A stretch of DNA of 33,972 nt from Patescibacteria group bacterium (GTDB lineage Bacteria; Patescibacteriota; Minisyncoccia; UBA10092), in assembly GCA_018826255.1 (NCBI GenBank), contig JAHJZO010000042.1:1-33972 (forward strand), read 5' to 3'. Positions within the stretch are counted from its first letter, which is position 1, and every line of letters starts with the position of its first letter. Made by a program: the position numbers and the translations under genes. This document shows positions 29,956 through 33,972 of this stretch, in pieces. The notes beneath the pieces are model-generated. The model had not been told where the DNA came from. It worked only from the letters and a program-made list of their open reading frames with translations, and searched no databases.

Positions 29956-30111
29956 GCCTTTTTATGTTCCATAGCTATTTCTAGCCAGAGGCAGAATTTT
30001 ACTTGGCGCCCTCTCCAAGGTTCTTTATCGTCTAATGACCATCACCTCCTTTTCATCTCAAGCCGCAGGGCACTGATGGCAACACTGCGGCCACTAAAAA
30101 ACTTCACTGTA
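29925..30111 (-). ncRNA. Candidate ~185-nt structured small RNA or leader of unknown family
   Basis: Bounded by a consensus promoter and a strong terminator; several hairpins; only 4-5 codon ORFs wholly within it. Confidence 0.45.
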
Positions 30112-30116
30112 TTTGC

Positions 30117-30145
30117 AGTATAGCACAAACAATAATGTTTGTCAA
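30117..30145 (-). promoter_or_regulatory. Near-consensus sigma70 promoter with overlapping inverted repeat
   Basis: TTGACA-17 bp-TATACT with TGn; ACAAACA-N4-TGTTTGT at 30125-30142. Confidence 0.75.
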
Positions 30146-30175
30146 TAGTTTAAGCAATATATACCACAATATGGC

Positions 30176-31165
30176 TTATTTGAGGTAAATCGCTCTGTTT
30201 TGATTGTGTTCTTCGAGGGTTTTGGAAAAAATGGTTATGCCGTCTTTGGCGGAGAGATAATACCAATACGGGCTCGCTTCCGGAGAAAGCGCCGCCTTGA
30301 TAGCGGAGATGCCCGGGTTGGCAATAGGCCCCTTTGGCAAACCGCGGTAAAAATAGGTATTGTATCGCGAATCTATTTTCTTGTCGGAGGCAACAATTTC
30401 ATTGCGGCCGGTGATATAAACCAGCGTGGCATCAACCTGTAGAGGAATATTCGCTTTAAGTCGTTTCCATAATATGCCGGAAACAATTAACCGGTCTGAA
30501 TCTTTTGGAATCTCTTTTTCAATCAGAGAAGCCATAGTTAAAATCTCATATGTGCTGTAAGAAGAAGTTTTTATGGCCGTCTTCAAATCCGGAGTTAATT
30601 TATTATTAAGATTACCAACCATTTTACCAACTATATCAGACAAAGCTGCGTCCTTGAAAAAACGGTAGGAATCGGGGAATAAATATCCTTCCAGAGATGC
30701 GGTCTTTGGCTTGTCGGATAAGATTTCCGAAATATTTTCCAAAAATTTAAAACTCGCTAGTGCGTTCGGATTGGTCAAATTAGCCCTTATTAATCTATCC
30801 TCAATTTGTTTTAAATTAAACCCCTCAGGAATTACGATTAAGACCTCGTTGGTGCCGCCCAGAGCCAATATATCTCCAATATCGCGAACGGACATTTTTG
30901 GCGATAATTTATATTCTCCTGGTTTCAAATCATACTGATTCAAAGACAAGAAAACATAAAGGCGGAAAAGAAAGGGGCTTTTTATCAATCCGGCATTTTT
31001 TAAATTTTCGGCGATTGTCTGGGCCGACTCCCCTTTTTCAACTTTCAAGATTATTGTTTCGCCCGAACTGCTTAACGGCGTTCTTATTTTCCACCAAAAA
31101 ATAAAAAGCGTGGCAAAAATAATAACAAAAAATATTAAAATGACATATGCGATTTTTTTACTCAT
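30176..31165 (-). CDS. mltG: Endolytic transglycosylase MltG (YceG family)
   Basis: N-terminal TM, IPEG, LEGYLFPDSY, MASLIEKE, LQVDAT..Y, YNTY...GLP.GPI.NPG. Confidence 0.96.
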   Translation of the reverse strand: MSKKIAYVILIFFVIIFATLFIFWWKIRTPLSSSGETIILKVEKGESAQTIAENLKNAGLIKSPFLFRLYVFLSLNQYDLKPGEYKLSPKMSVRDIGDILALGGTNEVLIVIPEGFNLKQIEDRLIRANLTNPNALASFKFLENISEILSDKPKTASLEGYLFPDSYRFFKDAALSDIVGKMVGNLNNKLTPDLKTAIKTSSYSTYEILTMASLIEKEIPKDSDRLIVSGILWKRLKANIPLQVDATLVYITGRNEIVASDKKIDSRYNTYFYRGLPKGPIANPGISAIKAALSPEASPYWYYLSAKDGITIFSKTLEEHNQNRAIYLK

Positions 31166-31913
31166 TTTTTTCCGCCGCTTTTATTATTTTTATAAAACTC
31201 TGGAGTTCAAGAGACGCGCCGCCCACTAAGGCGCCGTCAATTCCATTTTGCGCGATAAAATCAGCTGCATTTTCTTCCGAAACCGACCCGCCGTAAAGAA
31301 CCGGCATATCACTTGCCCATTCGGGTCCGTAGAGGCGGCTTATGATTTTTCTTATTAAAAGCGCCGCCGAAAGGGCATGGTCTGAAGTATCGGCTAAGCC
31401 CGTCCCGATGGCCCAAACCGGCTCATAGGCGATAATCAATCGATTGATTTCCGAAACGCCAACTCCTTCTAGAGCGCTCTCAATTTGTCGGGACAATACC
31501 TTGGAGATATCGTCATTTTGTTCTTTTTCACCCACGGCCAAAATAACCGTTAATCCGATTCTAAGAGCGGTTTTTAATTTCAGATTTATTATTTCCTCCG
31601 TTTCTCCCATGATATACCGCCTTTCGGAATGGCCAATGATCACATGATTACAACCGAGATTTTTCAACATCAATCCCGATATTTCTCCGGTATAAGCGCC
31701 GCGCTCGGCCCAGCTGATATTTTGGGCTGCCAATTTTATTTCTTTCCCGCAATTTTTCTTTAACAACTCAAGATAAACAAACGGCGGAGCGATTATCAAT
31801 TCAATATTTTTCGGCAAGCGCTGAGCCAAAACCCCCTGCACAAAACGCAAGGCCTCGTCAGCCGTTTGAGGATTCATTTTCCAATTAGCGATGATTATCT
31901 TTTTTGCGCTCAT
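31158..31913 (-). CDS. tpiA: Triosephosphate isomerase
   Basis: ANWKMN, GAYTGEIS, IIGHSERR, AYEPVWAIGTG, LYGGSV, DGALVGGASL. Confidence 0.98.
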   Translation of the reverse strand: MSAKKIIIANWKMNPQTADEALRFVQGVLAQRLPKNIELIIAPPFVYLELLKKNCGKEIKLAAQNISWAERGAYTGEISGLMLKNLGCNHVIIGHSERRYIMGETEEIINLKLKTALRIGLTVILAVGEKEQNDDISKVLSRQIESALEGVGVSEINRLIIAYEPVWAIGTGLADTSDHALSAALLIRKIISRLYGPEWASDMPVLYGGSVSEENAADFIAQNGIDGALVGGASLELQSFIKIIKAAEKNE

Positions 31914-32386
31914 AATAAAAATAAATATTTAAAAATATTTTCGCCAAATACAGTCATGCCGGTAACTATCAAACCGGCGGCTAAAACTCCCAAAACAATA
32001 GACCAAAAGGCATGAGTTTTCGAGATTCCGAAAACAAAAGCGGCCGCCACTCCGGAATAAGCGCCGGTTAACGGTAGTGGAATGGCAACAAACATAAAAA
32101 GCGCCCAATTTTTCCAACATGCAAAATGTTCGGTATGTTTTATTCTCGTTCTCTCAAATAACCAAGAAAAAAATTTGTTAAACCAATAAAATTTGCGACT
32201 TAAATATTCCGATATTTTTTCCAAACCGAATAGAAGCGGCAGTATCGGCAAAATATTCCCCAAAACACCCAAGACAAACGCTTTATATGGATTAAAGCCA
32301 AATTTTAAAATTGCCAAAGGGATAGCTCCTCTAAGCTCGCTTAAAGGCAAGGTGGCGGTAAAAAATGTGATTGATTCATTAAGCAT
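31910..32386 (-). CDS. Putative small multi-drug export family membrane protein (COG2426-like)
   Basis: P.SELRGAIP, FVAIPLP.TGA.SG motifs; four TM segments. Confidence 0.85.
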   Translation of the reverse strand: MLNESITFFTATLPLSELRGAIPLAILKFGFNPYKAFVLGVLGNILPILPLLFGLEKISEYLSRKFYWFNKFFSWLFERTRIKHTEHFACWKNWALFMFVAIPLPLTGAYSGVAAAFVFGISKTHAFWSIVLGVLAAGLIVTGMTVFGENIFKYLFLL

Positions 32387-33339
32387 TATTTTCTAAAAAT
32401 TTCCGCGGCTTCTTCCGGATAAACGGCGACAATATCAAGCCCGGTGCTTAATTCAAAGCCGCCGATGATATCAAATTTTGGCATAATCTCCATATGCCAG
32501 TGATAATGGCCGTAACTTGAACTCCTGTCCACCGGCGCCGTATGGATGAAAAAATTGAAAGCGGGGTCTTTCAGTTTTTTATAAATTTGAGAAAGAGATA
32601 CTTTCAAAGCATCGGCAAGCGCGAATAATTCCGGTTCTTTAATTTTTTCAAAATAAGCAAAATGTTTTTTTGGTAAAATCGCCAATTCAAATTCCGCCCG
32701 CGAGGCAAAGGGAGCAATGACAACCATGTCGCTGTTTTGATAGACTACTCTCTTTTTTTCTTTTAATTCCTTACTAAGCATCCGACAATGCGTGCATTTA
32801 TTATGTTCTTGAAAATAGCGCCGCGAGGCGTCAACACTGCGGGTGATATAAGGCGGCAGTATCGGCAAAGCCAAAATCTGCGAATGAGGATGGGGTATGG
32901 ATGAACCCGCTTCTTTTCCATGATTATGGAAAATCGATATATATTTTATATTTTTTTCTTCGGCCAAACTTTTATAGCGTTCTTGGAAAGCCGCTAAGAC
33001 CGTTTTTATTTCTTCTTTGGTAAAATCAGCCAAATAGCGTTCATGGTCTCTATAAATCACAACATCGTGAGAGCCTAATCCTGGCCCAACCGCCGGATTT
33101 TTATTCGGGATTATCTGCAAAAACCAATCGTTTTTTGTCTTATCTTGATAAACCAAAACTGGCGGTTTGTTTCCGAATTTAGCGGGATTTTCAAAAGGGC
33201 ATTTGTTTTTGGCAAGTTCTGTTTTCGCTCTGTCTTCAAATTTATGTCCCGCGCTGCGAAGCGGCGCGAACAAAATCCAATCACCTGAAATTGAGTCCTG
33301 GCGAAATTCTGATGTAGATTCGGTTTTTTTATTCTTCAT
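32386..33339 (-). CDS. galT: Galactose-1-phosphate uridylyltransferase family (HIT/GalT) protein
   Basis: EFRQD..SG.W, NHG..AGSS..HPHSQ catalytic motif, HWHMEI.P, GGFEL.TG; likely start ATG 33339. Confidence 0.85.
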   Translation of the reverse strand: MKNKKTESTSEFRQDSISGDWILFAPLRSAGHKFEDRAKTELAKNKCPFENPAKFGNKPPVLVYQDKTKNDWFLQIIPNKNPAVGPGLGSHDVVIYRDHERYLADFTKEEIKTVLAAFQERYKSLAEEKNIKYISIFHNHGKEAGSSIPHPHSQILALPILPPYITRSVDASRRYFQEHNKCTHCRMLSKELKEKKRVVYQNSDMVVIAPFASRAEFELAILPKKHFAYFEKIKEPELFALADALKVSLSQIYKKLKDPAFNFFIHTAPVDRSSSYGHYHWHMEIMPKFDIIGGFELSTGLDIVAVYPEEAAEIFRK

Positions 33340-33972
33340 AATTTGTATTTGCCCGTCCACAAACGCCATCTAATTTTGAATAGATCTTTTAATACCTGAA
33401 AATAACTTGAAAAATGTACTGTCGAATTGCCGGAGTTATTCCAGATAACCGGCAATTCTTTTATTTTATAGTTAAACTTCTTGGCTAAAACCAGAACTTC
33501 AATATCAAAGGCAAAGCGGTTAATTTTCGTCCTGGAAAAAATATCATTGGCTGCTTTGGCGGTGAAAAGCTTAAAAGCCCTTTGGGAATCATGAATATCC
33601 CACAATCCGGCAATAATCCTGATGAGATATTTCGAATACTTCCCCAAAAACCGACGATACCATTGAGCATTCTCATTTATTACCGACCCTGGCAGTTCAA
33701 TTGAGCCAATAACAATGTCATAGCCTTCATTGGAGTACGGCCAGAATTTTTCAATTTGCTCCATTGAAATAGCATTATCGGCATCTACAAAAATACGATA
33801 ATCGCCAGTCGCGACAAGCATCCCCTGTTTAACAACATAGCCCTTGCCATGATTTTGAGTATTGGCAATCAGGCTGAATTCCGGTTTATTGCTGATAAAT
33901 TCAGAGACCACTTCAACTGTTTTGTCGGAACCTCCGTCAGAAACCACAATCGCCTCCCAAGAATAATTTAGA
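33336..33972 (-). CDS. Glycosyltransferase family 2 (polyprenol-phosphate glycosyltransferase-like), 5' end beyond the window
   Basis: VVSDGGSD.T, N.GKG..V..G, FVDAD, DSQ..FKLF, FAFDIEVL, ELPV.W; frame stays open to the window end. Confidence 0.9.
   Translation of the reverse strand, partial: LNYSWEAIVVSDGGSDKTVEVVSEFISNKPEFSLIANTQNHGKGYVVKQGMLVATGDYRIFVDADNAISMEQIEKFWPYSNEGYDIVIGSIELPGSVINENAQWYRRFLGKYSKYLIRIIAGLWDIHDSQRAFKLFTAKAANDIFSRTKINRFAFDIEVLVLAKKFNYKIKELPVIWNNSGNSTVHFSSYFQVLKDLFKIRWRLWTGKYKL

Noticed and set aside
29925-30111. 6S RNA or SRP RNA
   Set aside because: Length fits 6S, but I could not find end-to-end pairing with a central bubble, nor the SRP domain IV motif. Left as unknown.
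29902-30123. 73-aa plus-strand ORF
   Set aside because: No RBS, runs through the terminator and opposes a strong minus-strand promoter.

Overview
Gene-dense, mostly minus-strand housekeeping region of a small-genome bacterium. The gene set and protein style (short PheT, rplK not followed by rplA, PaaX/Cas2-like orphan, few Shine-Dalgarno motifs) point to Patescibacteria/CPR, probably Parcubacteria (inference). It carries rpoD (partial), dnaG, a MacAB-type ABC cassette, rpmF, dnaE, thrS, miaA, gatB, rplK-nusG-secE, gyrB, pheST, three tRNA genes, gatAC, ligA, mltG, tpiA, galT and a GT2. Two things stand out. (1) The initiator tRNA-fMet gene is split in its anticodon loop by a 663-nt group I intron whose P1 loop encodes an intact PD-(D/E)XK homing endonuclease closely resembling cyanobacterial I-Ssp6803I. 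(2) A PaaX/Cas2-like gene is bracketed by two ~38-bp palindromic direct repeats, one overlapping its own -35 box, and sits next to a ~185-nt promoter-to-terminator unit with no convincing ORF. dnaE and ligA each contain a single-base deletion, most likely assembly errors. All product calls come from motif recognition by eye; no database search was run.
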